Below, piece by piece: positions 1 to 11,708 of a stretch of 64,000 nucleotides of DNA (positions are counted from its first letter, which is position 1; each line of letters opens with the position of its first letter). The stretch spans positions 15,810,001 through 15,874,000 of the forward strand of contig OZ249446.1 in assembly GCA_965235115.1 (NCBI GenBank). Reading direction: 5' to 3'. Made by a program: the position numbers and the translations under genes. The stretch is from Laetmonice hystrix (taxonomy: Eukaryota). Under the pieces are notes generated by a model, which searched no databases, had not been told where the DNA came from, and saw only the letters and a program-made list of their open reading frames with translations.

Positions 1-520
1 TCGGTTCGAATCCCACCAAGTACAAAAACTTTTTTCTCATTTTTCACACTCTGAAAACCAAAGCACCACCAGGCAGCATATGAGGCCTTGTCACAGTCAT
101 AGTTATGAAATGTTTTGACATACATGGTTCTCAAAGATAAAGTTTACCAGAAATCGGTCATATCTCTGGCAGTTTTTAACAGATCTTAACGAAACTTAAT
201 AGGCTTAAAGAGGATGGGTTGCTGAGCTAGATTTATGCAAACTTTTTTCTGTGACGTCACTCTTTTGTGTCATGACGTCATCCACCTATTTCAAATAGGA
301 CCTAGGTACCTCTACAAGCGTGAGTCTCAATAGCTGAGTTGGTAGCATGCCCGACCTAAAGGCCGGAGATCATGGGTTCGAATCCCACCAAATACGGATT
401 TTTTTTTCTCATTTTTCAGACTCTGAATACCAAAACACCACCAGGCAGGATATGAGGCCTTGTCAAAATCATAGTTATGAAATATTTTGACATACATGGT
501 TTTCAGAGATAATTTTCCCA
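1..520 (+). repeat. Two copies of a repeat with a tRNA-like head (SINE-like or TE relic)
   Basis: 1-150 and 374-520 align closely (ggttcgaatcccaccaa...gacatacatggtt). The second copy has an A-box-like TAGCTGAGTTGG (331-342) and a B box GGTTCGAATCCC, but no pairing acceptor stem. Confidence 0.5.
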
Positions 521-1344
521 TAACTTGACCTCTGTCAATTACCCTTTCTGAGATTTGGGACAAAGGTTCCAGGACTGACAGTGACAGTAAAACCAAGATG
601 GCAGAGTGGTAAGGCTATGGGCCACTTTAGTTACTTGATAGCATACGAATGGCACCTGGCGTTTTCCTCATGACGTCCGGAGGAAATGGGATTAGTGTAT
701 TGCTTGCAATCATGATGTCTAGTGTTTATTTATTTTTTCGTTGTTGGGGGGGGGGGGGGTGTCGTGAAGTATCACTAATAACATTGATACTTTTATACAT
801 CAGAGAATCTAATACTTTCGGACCCATATAGTGCTTATAACTTTGTGCAAAGTTTTGAGTCAAACATAAAAGAAATATGTAGAAACCCCTCAAATTTGAA
901 CTCTGCCTTGTTGAAACGTTATAGGGCCTCATGACATACTCGAATGTAGCCTTTGGTATAGAGATATGACACGTGGCTTGGAACCGAAGGTGGGGAAAGC
1001 TATAACGCCTTAGGTATGAAAGTATATAGACAGCGGGATGGCGGCTCCACCCCATTGGTATGTGACCCCCCCCCCCTTTTGCGATCCCACAGTTTAACAC
1101 AAAAATACCCCCGTTGTCCCCCATCTTCGTGAAGATCTGGATTCGTCCCTTCCAATCAAGGACTGCAAGATAATTTAACGACGTAAGGGTTGCGTGAATA
1201 CCAGACACCAGTAAAAGTTCAGCCCTTTTAGTAACCTACATTTACATTATTGAAATGTTCCACCATAGCATTGCAGTCGTATATTGACGTTCATTTTTCA
1301 ATGTATTAATTTTATCGTAAATGTGAGTATCATTAGATCCATGG

Positions 1345-1416
1345 GCGTCGGTGGTGTAATGGTTAGCATGGTTGCCTTCCAAGCAGTCGATCCGGGTTCG
1401 ACTCCCGGCCGACGCA
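1345..1416 (+). tRNA. trnG-TCC: tRNA-Gly(TCC), copy 1
   Basis: 72 nt GCGTCGG...CCGACGCA. Paired acceptor stem, TTCCAAG anticodon loop, GGTTCGACTCC T-arm, TTTT terminator immediately 3'. Confidence 0.97.
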
Positions 1417-2083
1417 CTTTTGATTCAATCACTCGTGGTCAGTTGTCAACACGGTTGGGTTTTTTTTGGAGGGGGGGGGGTCTGAAGTGTCACCAATAAT
1501 ATTGTTACTTTTATACACCAGGAAAACTTTTCGGACTCATATAGTGCCTATAAATTTGTGCAAAGGTTTGAGTCAAACATAAAAGAAATATGTAGAAACC
1601 CCTCAAATTTGAACTCTGCCTTGTTGAAACGTTATAGGGCCTCATGACATACTCGAATGTAGCCTTTGGTATAGAGATATGACACGTGGCTTGGAACCGA
1701 AGGCGGGGAAAGCTATAACGCCTTAGGTATGAAAGTAGGCCTATATAGACAGCGGGATGGCGGCTCCACCCCATTGGTATGTGACCCCCCCCCCTCCATG
1801 TGCGATTGCACCGCCGGTTCAACACAAAAATATCCCCGTTGTCCCCCATCTTCGTGAAGATCTGGACCACATTAGGCTAACTGATGTAGATATAGTAGCT
1901 GCACAGATGCGTATTTATGAGACCTATTTAATGTTCCATTAAAGTATTTTTTTGCAGACACAGTATTCTTGCTCTCAGCCACCGATGAACATAATTAAAA
2001 TGTTTCACGATGGCATTGGAGATGACGTTTATTTTTGAAACTATTACTATATTGTAAAATTGTGACTTTTAAGACTTATGTGG

Positions 2084-2155
2084 GCGTCGGTGGTGTAATG
2101 GTTAGCATGGTTGCCTTCCAAGCAGTCGATCCGGGTTCGACTCCCGGCCGACGCA
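2084..2155 (+). tRNA. trnG-TCC: tRNA-Gly(TCC), copy 2
   Basis: Identical to copy 1, with a TTTT terminator. Confidence 0.97.
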
Positions 2156-2819
2156 CTTTTGATCCACTCATTCGTGGTCAGTAACTGTTATCACTTTTTT
2201 ATTTATTTTTTCGTTGTTGGGGGGGGGGGGGGTGTCGTGAAGTATCACTAATAACATTGATACTTTTATACATCAGAGAATCTAATACTTTCGGACCCAT
2301 ATACTGCTTATAACTTTGTGCAAAGTTTTGAGTCAAACATAAAAGAAATATGTAGAAACCCCTCAAATTTGAACTCTGCCTTGTTGAAACGTTATAGGGC
2401 CTCATGACATACTCGAATGTAGCCTTTGGTATAGAGATATGACACGTGGCTTGGAACCGAAGGTGGGGAAAGCTATAACGCCTTAGGTATGAAAGTATAT
2501 AGACAGCGGGATGGCGGCTCCACCCCATTGGTATGTGACCCCCCCCCCCTTTTGCGATCCCACAGTTTAACACAAAAATACCCCCGTTGTCCCCCATCTT
2601 CGTGAAGATCTGGATCCGTCCCGTCCATTCAAGGACTGCAAGATAATTTAACGACGTATAAGGGTTGCGTGAATACCAGACACCAGTAAAAGTTCAGCCC
2701 TTTTAGTAACCTACATTTACATTATTGAAATGTTCCACCATAGCATTGCAGTCGTATATTGACGTTCATTTTTCAATGTATTAATTTTATCGTAAATGTG
2801 AGTATCAATACATGCATGG

Positions 2820-2891
2820 GCGTCGGTGGTGTAATGGTTAGCATGGTTGCCTTCCAAGCAGTCGATCCGGGTTCGACTCCCGGCCGACGCA
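2820..2891 (+). tRNA. trnG-TCC: tRNA-Gly(TCC), copy 3
   Basis: Identical to copy 1, with a TTTT terminator. Confidence 0.97.
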
Positions 2892-3566
2892 CTTTTGATT
2901 CAATCAATCGTGGTCAGTTGTCAACACGGTTGGGTTTTTTTTGGAGGGGGGGGGGGGGGTCTGAAGTGTCACCAATAATATTGTTACTTTTATACACCAG
3001 GAAAACTTTTCGGACTCATATAGTGCCTATAAATTTGTGCAAAGGTTTGAGTCAAACATAAAAGAAATATGTAGAAACCCCTCAAATTTGAACTCTGCCT
3101 TGTTGAAACGTTATAGGGCCTCATGACATACTCGAATGTAGCCTTTGGTATAGAGATATGACACGTGGCTTGGAACCGAAGGCGGGGAAAGCTATAACGC
3201 CTTAGGTATGAAAGTAGGCCTATATAGACAGCGGGATGGCGGCTTCACCCCATTGGTATGTGACCCCCCCCCCCCCCTCCATGTGCGATTGCACCGCCGG
3301 TTCAACACAAAAATATCCCCGTTGTCCCCCATCTTCGTGAAGATCTGGACCACATTAGGCTAACTGATGTAGATATAGTAGCTGCACAGATGCGTATTTA
3401 TGAGACCTATTTAATGTTCCATTAAAGTATTTTTTTGCAGACACAGTATTCTTGCTCTCAGCCACCGATGAACATAATTAAAATGTTTCACGATGGCATT
3501 GCAGATGACGTTTATTTTTGAAACTATTACTATATTGTAAAATTGTGACTTTTAAGACTTATGTGG

Positions 3567-3638
3567 GCGTCGGTGGTGTAATGGTTAGCATGGTTGCCTT
3601 CCAAGCAGTCGATCCGGGTTCGACTCCCGGCCGACGCA
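3567..3638 (+). tRNA. trnG-TCC: tRNA-Gly(TCC), copy 4
   Basis: Identical to copy 1, with a TTTT terminator. Confidence 0.97.
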
Positions 3639-4306
3639 CTTTTGATCCACTCATTCGTGGTCAGTAACTGTTATCACTTTTTTTTTCTTTTTTTTCGTTG
3701 TTGGGGGGGGGGGGGGTGTCGTGAAGTATCACTAATAACATTGATACTTTTATACATCAGAGAATCTAATATTTTCGGACCCATATTAGTATGCGTGCTT
3801 ATAACTTTGTGCAAAGTTTTGAGTCAAACAGAAAAGAAATATGTAGAAACCCCTCAAATTTGAACTAAGCCTTGTTGAAACGTTAATGGAACCTCATGAT
3901 ATACTCGAATGTAACGTGGTATAGAGATACGACACAGGGTTGGAACCGAAGGCGGTGAAAGCTATAACGCCTTAGGTATGAAAGTATAGACAGCGGGATG
4001 GCGGCTCCACCCCATTGGTATGCCACCCCCCCCCCCTCTTGTGCGATCGCACAGTTCAACACAAAAATACCCCCGTTGTCCCCCATCTTCGTGAAGATCT
4101 GGATCCGTCCCTTCCAATCAAGGACTGCAAGATAATTTAACGACGTAAGGGTTGCGTGAATACCAGACACCAATAAAAGTTCAGCCCTTTTAGTAACCTA
4201 CATGTACATTATTGAAATGTTCCACCATAGCATTGCAGTCGTATATTGACGTTCATTTTTCAATGTATTAATTTTATCGTAAATGTGAGTATCAATACAT
4301 CCTTGG

Positions 4307-4378
4307 GCGTCGGTGGTGTAATGGTTAGCATGGTTGCCTTCCAAGCAGTCGATCCGGGTTCGACTCCCGGCCGACGCA
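4307..4378 (+). tRNA. trnG-TCC: tRNA-Gly(TCC), copy 5
   Basis: Identical to copy 1, with a TTTT terminator. Confidence 0.97.
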
Positions 4379-4424
4379 CTTTTGATTCAATCATTCATGG
4401 TCAGTATTATTCGTCTTCCTTTTT

Positions 4425-4459
4425 GGGGTGGGGTGGGGTGGGGTGGGGTGGGGTGGGGG
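4425..4459. repeat. (GGGGT)n microsatellite with seven G-runs, G-quadruplex-competent
   Basis: Read directly from the sequence. Confidence 0.9.
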
Positions 4460-5352
4460 CATTTCTGAAGTAGACCTATCACTAATAACTTGGCAATATC
4501 AGACTTCCCACATTGTTACCATAACAGCAGAGAATGTAATATTTTCAGACCCGTATTGCCTATAACTTTGTGCAAAGGTTTCTAAATTGCATCAAATAAA
4601 AAGAAATACTAAATACCTCAAATTTGAAATGTGCCTTGTAAAAACGGCAATAGGACCTCGTGATATATACTCGAATGTAACCTTTGGTATAGAGATACCA
4701 CACGTGGCTTGGAACCTAAGGCGGTAAAATCTATACAACGCCTCAGGTACGAAAGTATAGACAGCGGGATGGCAGCTCCACTCCATTGGTATATGATCCC
4801 CCCTTGTGCGATTGCACAGTTCAACCCAAAAATACCCCCGTTGTCCTCCATCTTCGTGAAGATCTGGATCCGTCCCGTCCAATCAAGGACTGCAACAAAT
4901 ACACGGGAATTCATGCAGCAGCTGTGGGCCTATCTCGTATAAATTTATAACAATGTCCGAACTCATCAAAATGATGTTGTGAGATATTGTCTGCCTAAAA
5001 GGTAGAGATATTCTATTAAAAATGATAATAACTTTATAATCCAGCTGAAAACAATTCATGAGGGTATTCAAACCACAATAATTATTATATTCTTGCCCGT
5101 TGTCAACCAAATTATTGGTTTTGTCATGCATCTTTTACTACATAAACAAATGAACCAGACTTTACAGGGTCTCTAGGATAATTTAACGACGTACGGGTTG
5201 CGTGAATACCAGACACCAATAAAAGTTCAGCCCTTTTAGTAACCTACGTGTACATTATTGAAATGTTCCACCATAGCATTGCAGTCGTATATTGACGTTC
5301 ATTTTTCAATGTATTAATATTATCGTAAATGTGAGTAGCAATACATTCATGG

Positions 5353-5424
5353 GCGTCGGTGGTGTAATGGTTAGCATGGTTGCCTTCCAAGCAGTCGATC
5401 CGGGTTCGACTCCCGGCCGACGCA
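5353..5424 (+). tRNA. trnG-TCC: tRNA-Gly(TCC), copy 6
   Basis: Identical to copy 1, with a TTTT terminator. Confidence 0.97.
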
Positions 5425-7847
5425 CTTTTGATTCAATCATTCGTGGTCAGTATTATTCGTGTTTTTTAGGGGAGGGGGGCATTTCTAAAGCATCATTAAT
5501 AACTTTCGCAATATCAGACTTCTCACGTTGTTACCGTTACAGCAGAGAATGTAATATTTTCAGACCCGTATTGCCTATAACTTTGTGCAAAGGTTGCTAA
5601 ATTGCCTCAAATAAAAAAGAAATTCACTCATTAAATGAAAATCACAACATAATATTATTGCCTATTTTCAACCTAAAAATTTGGTTTTGTCATACAACGA
5701 ACCCGACATTACAGCGACTCCAGGGATATTTGAATGACGTACGGGTCGCATAAATACCAGACACCAATAAAAGTTCAGCCCTTTTAGTAATCTACATAAT
5801 TGAAATGTTTCTCTTTAGCATTCCAGGTTATTGACGTTCATTTTTTGCTATTTTCCTTTTAAACTGTCTGCCAGATAAAGTATAATGTTAATTCTTTGTG
5901 CTCGATTGTATACACAGACGACCTCTATGTCACCTCCGGGCAAAATTAACTGTGTGTGCTGACCGATGTATACACCTCGGCAGGAGGTAGTCCTTCATAA
6001 CCTGACAATGTCGGTATAACAACAGTCATTAGCCTCCTATCACCGTCGATGTTAGCGATAAGGAGGGTAGCAGCCGCTCAGGGTGACATATCGGTATGAT
6101 GACATGCTGGCCCACGCGCTCTACACGCGCGTCGTCACGCCTCACGTCTACCTACATACACTTACACTTACATATCTCCAATGAACTCAGCGACGGGTGA
6201 CTAAGTAAGAACGTTAAGTGACAACCTTCTCTAATCAAGCGGTCAGCGATGACCCCTCCTCTGCCACTGCCCACAGCCACTTCATGACGGGATATGACAA
6301 AAGGTTCCCACCTGGCTCCAGCCCCTGGCAGCCGCTGTGGATGCAGGCGCTCTATTCGAGGCGGCTGTCCAAGCCACTGTTGCCGGGCGCTGTTGGAGAG
6401 GGACGCGCGCGCCCGACGCCGCCACGGTTGTTAGCCGGGAACAATAGGTAGGGGAGCCCGGGCGGTCGGGCGGACGGTCCCGTCAGGACTCCGGGGTCTA
6501 CAGCAGCCGGGCGGGCGGTGGGCTGCGCCCCAGCTCAAGGCTTTGATCGCAACACCTTTCAAATTTTACACTCATCTCGTAATTCTCTTGAACCCACTGA
6601 GTCAAGTACCCGGAAGGTGAGAATGCGGTGTGATATTATAGGGCGGCCCCACCCTTTGGCTGTCGGTGATGAGGAGGGTATACGGGGTAAGCTCAATATT
6701 AGAGGCTAATCTCCCCATACAGGGGCGTGGGAATGTTCGCACCTTGACCAGATTCAGTCCCTCAGGAGAGGGTGAATGTTGACGCATGTTTCAGCGTCTT
6801 CCTATTGTCTTCTGTCAGTCAGTAAAATGACTCCGTAGTTCACGCTTTCTGATGCGAAACATTCAACGAACTGAACTTCGTCTGGGTTAATGTTCAAAAA
6901 TATTATGTTATCGTTGTCTTTCTGAATTGTAAAGGCATTTCTTTTCGTCAAGTGCTGCTGGTTTTATGATACCGTACATCCTCATCATTAACACTATTTA
7001 TACCAATTTCACTATTTCCATAATTTATAATACGTTCTATAGAATACGTTGCATGCGCACCATACGTGCGTAGCTCGCGATACCGATACATTCCGCTCAT
7101 TTTCAACACTTAGTATAGATATCTATGCCACTGTGATATAAGTGACCCTGCGTTTTGAAAAAAAAAGAAAATTATTAGAATCTCTGCATGGATTAATATA
7201 CATTAAAAATAATACATCGTGTTTGATGACTGCAGCCTTTCTCTGGTGACTAAGTAGTGTACATGCTAAAATAGGGACAAGGCTGTGCATGTCGATTTTC
7301 GACTACATGTATTTAAGTACTTCAGTTTTACTTAAATCAAGAATGATACTCGATTGAACATCAAACAATATTATTATGAATACTGAGAGAGTCCGTGCAG
7401 GCTGATACACATGATCGGGTTATTTTATTTCCAGTGCAGCGAAATCCCGAAAAATTTCCTCGTTGTTGCCTCACAAAGACAGTTTAAGAATATGACATAA
7501 AGTTTGAGTATATTGAGAGTGCATGCAGACTGATATAAAAACAATAAAACCTTATGTCAGCACGGTGAAGTTCGACATAATATGTAATCCATGCACATTA
7601 TTATATAATTTACCACAACTATTTACATAAGTCGTTTTTGTCTGTATTGCACAGTTCACCATTCGCTCGATCAATAGATTCGTCAGAACTCGAAATGGGG
7701 AATGCTTTCAGAGTTGTCCCTTTCAGGATAGTATGACAAGTATATCAGTCAGTATACTTATATCTTAATGTGATAATGTTATGATGAACTTGTTAATAAT
7801 CTCACCATCCCTTTCTGATGTTCCTAACTTTGTCACTGACTGTAACA

Positions 7848-8864
7848 TCAGGTGTTTCGACTGTTTGGCTGCGGAGAGTGCCTTGAACTCGACCCGTCCG
7901 AGTCGTAACCCTTGGACGTTCTGACCCAGAACGTCTCCTTGCTGCCGTCCAGTTTACTCCCTACAAGTGACACTTTCTCCGGGTCCTCGCCTCCAACCAC
8001 GGCCGCCATGAACCCGATATAGGTGATAGCCAAACGTAGGGTTTCGATCCGAGATAGTCTCTTTTCGTAGGCAAAGGTCGGAACTTTGTTACGCAGATCA
8101 TCAAATGCTTCGTTCAGGTTGAACATGCGGCGTCGCTCGCGGACGTTGGCGGCCCTGCGCTGGGCGACCGTCGCAACCCGGCGACGTTTGGGTTTCCCGA
8201 CGTGGCCAAAGGTAAGGTCCCTCTGTCGGAGGATCATGGCACGGTGGTCGTCAACAGTGGTCGGGCTGTCCACCAGATCAAAGCCTTGGTAGGTGTCCAC
8301 TTGGTAGAGCTGGCCACTGGGTTGGGAGTGAGGGTAGGTGATGTAGCCGGTGTATTGGGTGTAGGAGTGATGCTGTGGGGTCAGATACTGCGGCTGTGGC
8401 GGCTGTGGTGGCTGCCCCGGCGGCCAGGGTGACAGAGGCCGCCCGGGGTGTGTAGGATGATCGACCGTGTCTGTAGCCGACCGTGGTTCCCGGACGTAGT
8501 AGCAGTAATCGCCGCCGACCGGACCATCAAGGGAACCGCCCGATCCACTTTCTCCACGGCCGCCGTCAGTCAGGGTCATATCGTGGGGAGGGACGGTCAT
8601 CGTGAGGTCCCCCCGGCGGGCACAGCTGCCACCCTCGGCCGGTAAGGACGCGTAACCACCCCCGCGGTAACTCCAACACGACGGACGCTGAGCGCAGTCG
8701 TACCCCACCCTCTCCCGCCGGGCACAGTCCGTCCTTAGCCCCGCCGCTACTCCCAGGTTGTCAGGACTTGTGAACGGGGGAACACCAGGCCTCACGGCCC
8801 CCGCCTGGAACTTTGCAGAAACAGCAGTCGCCTTCCTACATGAACCCCGGAGATTGGAGTTCAT
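7848..8864 (-). CDS. FERD3L: Fer3/Nato3-type bHLH transcription factor, copy 1 (closest to canonical FERD3L); single exon, up to 338 aa
   Basis: [63 protein letters not shown] matches the Fer3/NATO3 signature ([27 protein letters not shown]) rather than PTF1A or Fer2 (SKVDTL/SKIDTL). The start is uncertain; an internal Met near 8600 is possible. Confidence 0.93.
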   Translation of the reverse strand: MNSNLRGSCRKATAVSAKFQAGAVRPGVPPFTSPDNLGVAAGLRTDCARRERVGYDCAQRPSCWSYRGGGYASLPAEGGSCARRGDLTMTVPPHDMTLTDGGRGESGSGGSLDGPVGGDYCYYVREPRSATDTVDHPTHPGRPLSPWPPGQPPQPPQPQYLTPQHHSYTQYTGYITYPHSQPSGQLYQVDTYQGFDLVDSPTTVDDHRAMILRQRDLTFGHVGKPKRRRVATVAQRRAANVRERRRMFNLNEAFDDLRNKVPTFAYEKRLSRIETLRLAITYIGFMAAVVGGEDPEKVSLVGSKLDGSKETFWVRTSKGYDSDGSSSRHSPQPNSRNT

Positions 8865-10522
8865 GCTTGACTAAAAATCCAAGTTGTTCACTGCTTAACT
8901 CAAGTCGACAGGGACTCCTTAAAATGCCCACAGAACACTGGTCACCAAAGCTGGAGAACGGCTGCCACGACTGGCCACCAGGAAAACGTTTCACGGCTCG
9001 GTGCTGGATTCGGCAATCCAAGTCCGAGTTGCTGTCAGAACACCAAGTATCAATCATGGCTTGAATAAATATCAGACGATACTGGACTTGTTTTAATGAT
9101 CCTCCCATACCTTGCCGCGCCCCCGTTACTGAATCCAATATTGTAGGCGTGCTTCAGTGACTGGGGTAGTACGGGACTTGTAATATCCAGGCCGTCCACA
9201 CCACACGTGCTGCCTTATGCCACATTTACCCCGATTATAATATCAATAAGCGGCACTTAATTTGGCCCTGATGTGTTATAGTTCCACAAATCCTTTCTTC
9301 CTGCCTGATTTCAATAAACAATGTTCACTTTTTCCCGTTAACACCGGCCGTTGAAGATCAAGGATCATTATCTGGCCTCTGTCTGCCGTCGTGATCTATC
9401 AATATCTTACAGTAATTAGAACGCCATCTCACTGACGGCTCGGCAATCATTCATCGCGACAAATTACACATTAAATCGGCAAAGTTTTAAAGTCTGTGTC
9501 TTTCACGCAGACACCGCAGAATATAAGCCTGGAGCAGTTGATGCCTCCTATCACTTCATAATGATATTATACATATTGTGTGCCTTGTATACTGCATGGT
9601 ATAATGTTCGCGTTTTTTAAAAGAAAGTATTTTGAAATTCACAGTATACAAACTGAGCGTTTCCCTTGGAACACGGAATCAGAGGGACAGGAGGACCACG
9701 GCAAGACGCCGACCACATCCTGGTTCCTAAATCGTCAACTGCCAGGCTATAATCTGTAGGCCGATATCTTAGCGTTCTGACCATGAACCATACACCATCG
9801 ATTACCAGATCATAAAGACACCATGAACTGATCCAAGTCACGTGACTAACATACAGAAACAGGCTCACCGCAATCCTGCCTCAATAAGACGGAAAGTTTA
9901 CTTTTGTTGTGACGAGTTGACGTCTAGGTACATGAAGACGACAATAATTATAAAATTGATGTGTTTTCTGGGAGGCAGGATTAGAAACGACACTATTATA
10001 TATGTAAATAATGAAATTATTATAAATTTCATTATAACATCATTTAGAGTACGGGCCTTCGTACTTGTGAAATGCTTAACGTATTCATAAAGCTGGATGA
10101 TATCGTTTATATGCTTGATTTCGGCTGGTGTGTACTTTTGGTCACTTTAATTGCCTCCCTAACTGAGCTTTGGTGAGCTTGTCGTCCGCCGGCATACGAC
10201 AACACGTGTCTGTTATTGCTGCACGTGCAGTACGCGTGTGGGACCTGTTAGGTGGAGTGCCGTGTCGTATAGTGTCAGTCAGAAATGGTCGTGTGGTTTG
10301 GTCGTACACGTTTTACAGGCCCGGGTTGAGGGCGGACCGTACCACAGCCTCGGTCGACCGTTTACTGGGAAGTCGACGGAGTTTCTATAGACACACGTGT
10401 GCTAGAATTACAATGGAAACGGAACCGCAGGTTGGCGGGTGTGGCCGCTGAGGCACTGTCACCAGCTGCGTGTGTTTCAAATGGGTCCATTTTTATATAA
10501 ATGAGGTAAATTCTTAATCATG

Positions 10523-10716
10523 TTAAGCTGCGTGTCCACCGGATGCGGACACGGTTACGGATACGGATTTTTAAAAACACATTACAAATATAGGGACTAT
10601 GTCAGATCGGTCGCCGTGTCCGGACCCGCACGAGTGAACACAGTCCCTATATTTGTAATGTGTTTTTAAAAATTCGTATCCGTATCCGCATCCGGACCTG
10701 TGGACACGCAGCTTAA
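10523..10716. mobile_element. MITE with ~80 bp terminal inverted repeats
   Basis: ttaagctgcgtgtccac...gtggacacgcagcttaa. The arms also pair over cggatgcgga and tttttaaaaacacattacaaatatagggact. TTAA lies at both ends (TTAA or TA target site); superfamily uncertain. Confidence 0.85.
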
Positions 10717-10926
10717 CACCATATACTGATCATATCTCATGCTTCCCACATTTTGTGCACAACAGCGAAGAAATACATATTGGCCTACTTTTAAATAAAA
10801 TTATTTAAAGTGTAGATTTTAATTAATTAAAGCGTAGATTTAATTCATAATCACACCAGGCGTGATTGAAGACACTATAAGACATGCAAGAAAAGTGATG
10901 AGGCTTTTGTCTCTTGAACAATCTGA

Positions 10927-11708
10927 GCAAGACTGGCACCCAGTAACAGTTCTGCAAGACCTGACACCCAGCAACTGCAAGACTTGGTACCCAGCAACCG
11001 CAAGACCTGACACCCAGCAACTGCAATACCTGGCACCCAGCAACTGCAAACCTTGGCACCCAGCAACTGCACGACCCGGCATCCAGCAACTGCAAGACCT
11101 GACACCCAGCAACTGCAAAACCTGGCATCCAGCAACTGCAAGACCTGGCACCCAGCAACTGCAAACCTTGGCACCCAGCAACTGCAAGACCTGACACCCA
11201 GCAACTGCAAGACCTGGGATCCAGCAACTGCAAGACCTGGCACCCAGCAACTGCAAGACCTGGGATCCAGCAACTGCAAACCTTGGCACCCAGCAACTGC
11301 AAGACCTGGGATCCAGCAACTGCAAGACCTGGTACCCAGCAACTGCAAGACCTGGCACCCAGCAACTGCAAGACCTGGCACCCAGCAACTGCAAGACCTG
11401 GCATCCAGCAACTGCAAGACCTGGCACCCAGCAACTGCAAGACCTGGCACCCAGCAACTGCAAGACCTGACACCCAGCAACTGCAAGACCTGGCACCCAG
11501 CAACTGCAAGACCTGGCATCCAGCAAGTGCAAGACCTGGCACCCAGCAACTGCAAGACCTGGCACCCAGCAGCTGCAAGACCTGGCACCCAGCAACTGCA
11601 AGACCTGGCATCCAGCAACTGCAAGACCTGGCACCCAGCAACTGCAAGACCTGGCACCCAGCAACTGCAAGACCTGGCACCCAGCAACTGCAAGACCAGG
11701 GATCCAGT
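10927..11708. repeat. 23-bp minisatellite (GACCTGGCACCCAGCAACTGCAA), ~33 copies
   Basis: Read directly. It accounts for the six overlapping repetitive ORFs at 10823-11844. Confidence 0.95.

Larger units (their letters stand above)
720..5850 (+). repeat. Tandem array of ~0.74-1.05 kb units carrying tRNA-Gly genes, with a ~1.48 kb dimeric higher-order repeat
   Basis: Spacer blocks recur. tRNA starts are 1345, 2084, 2820, 3567, 4307, 5353, so every-second spacing is 1475/1483/1487. The first and last units are partial and lack a tRNA. Confidence 0.9.

Noticed and set aside
324-398. Functional tRNA gene
   Set aside because: A and B boxes are present, but the acceptor and anticodon stems do not pair and the 3' flank is shared with a second copy, so it is a repeat head.
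592-625. tRNA-Leu-like 5' fragment (accaagatggcagagtggtaaggc)
   Set aside because: Only an A-box-like resemblance; there is no T-arm or B box downstream.
970-1120. RNase P RNA in the array spacer (gcttggaac followed by a stem recalls CR-IV)
   Set aside because: No CR-I (GGAARnuCnGnG) or matching CR-V to form P4.
726-5600. Repeated ORFs in the tRNA array (e.g. MTFIFQC...MGVGGVMVSMVAFQ, MGDNGGIF...)
   Set aside because: They are translations of the tRNA and spacer repeats. Homopolymer length differences shift frames between copies, and no protein family is recognisable.
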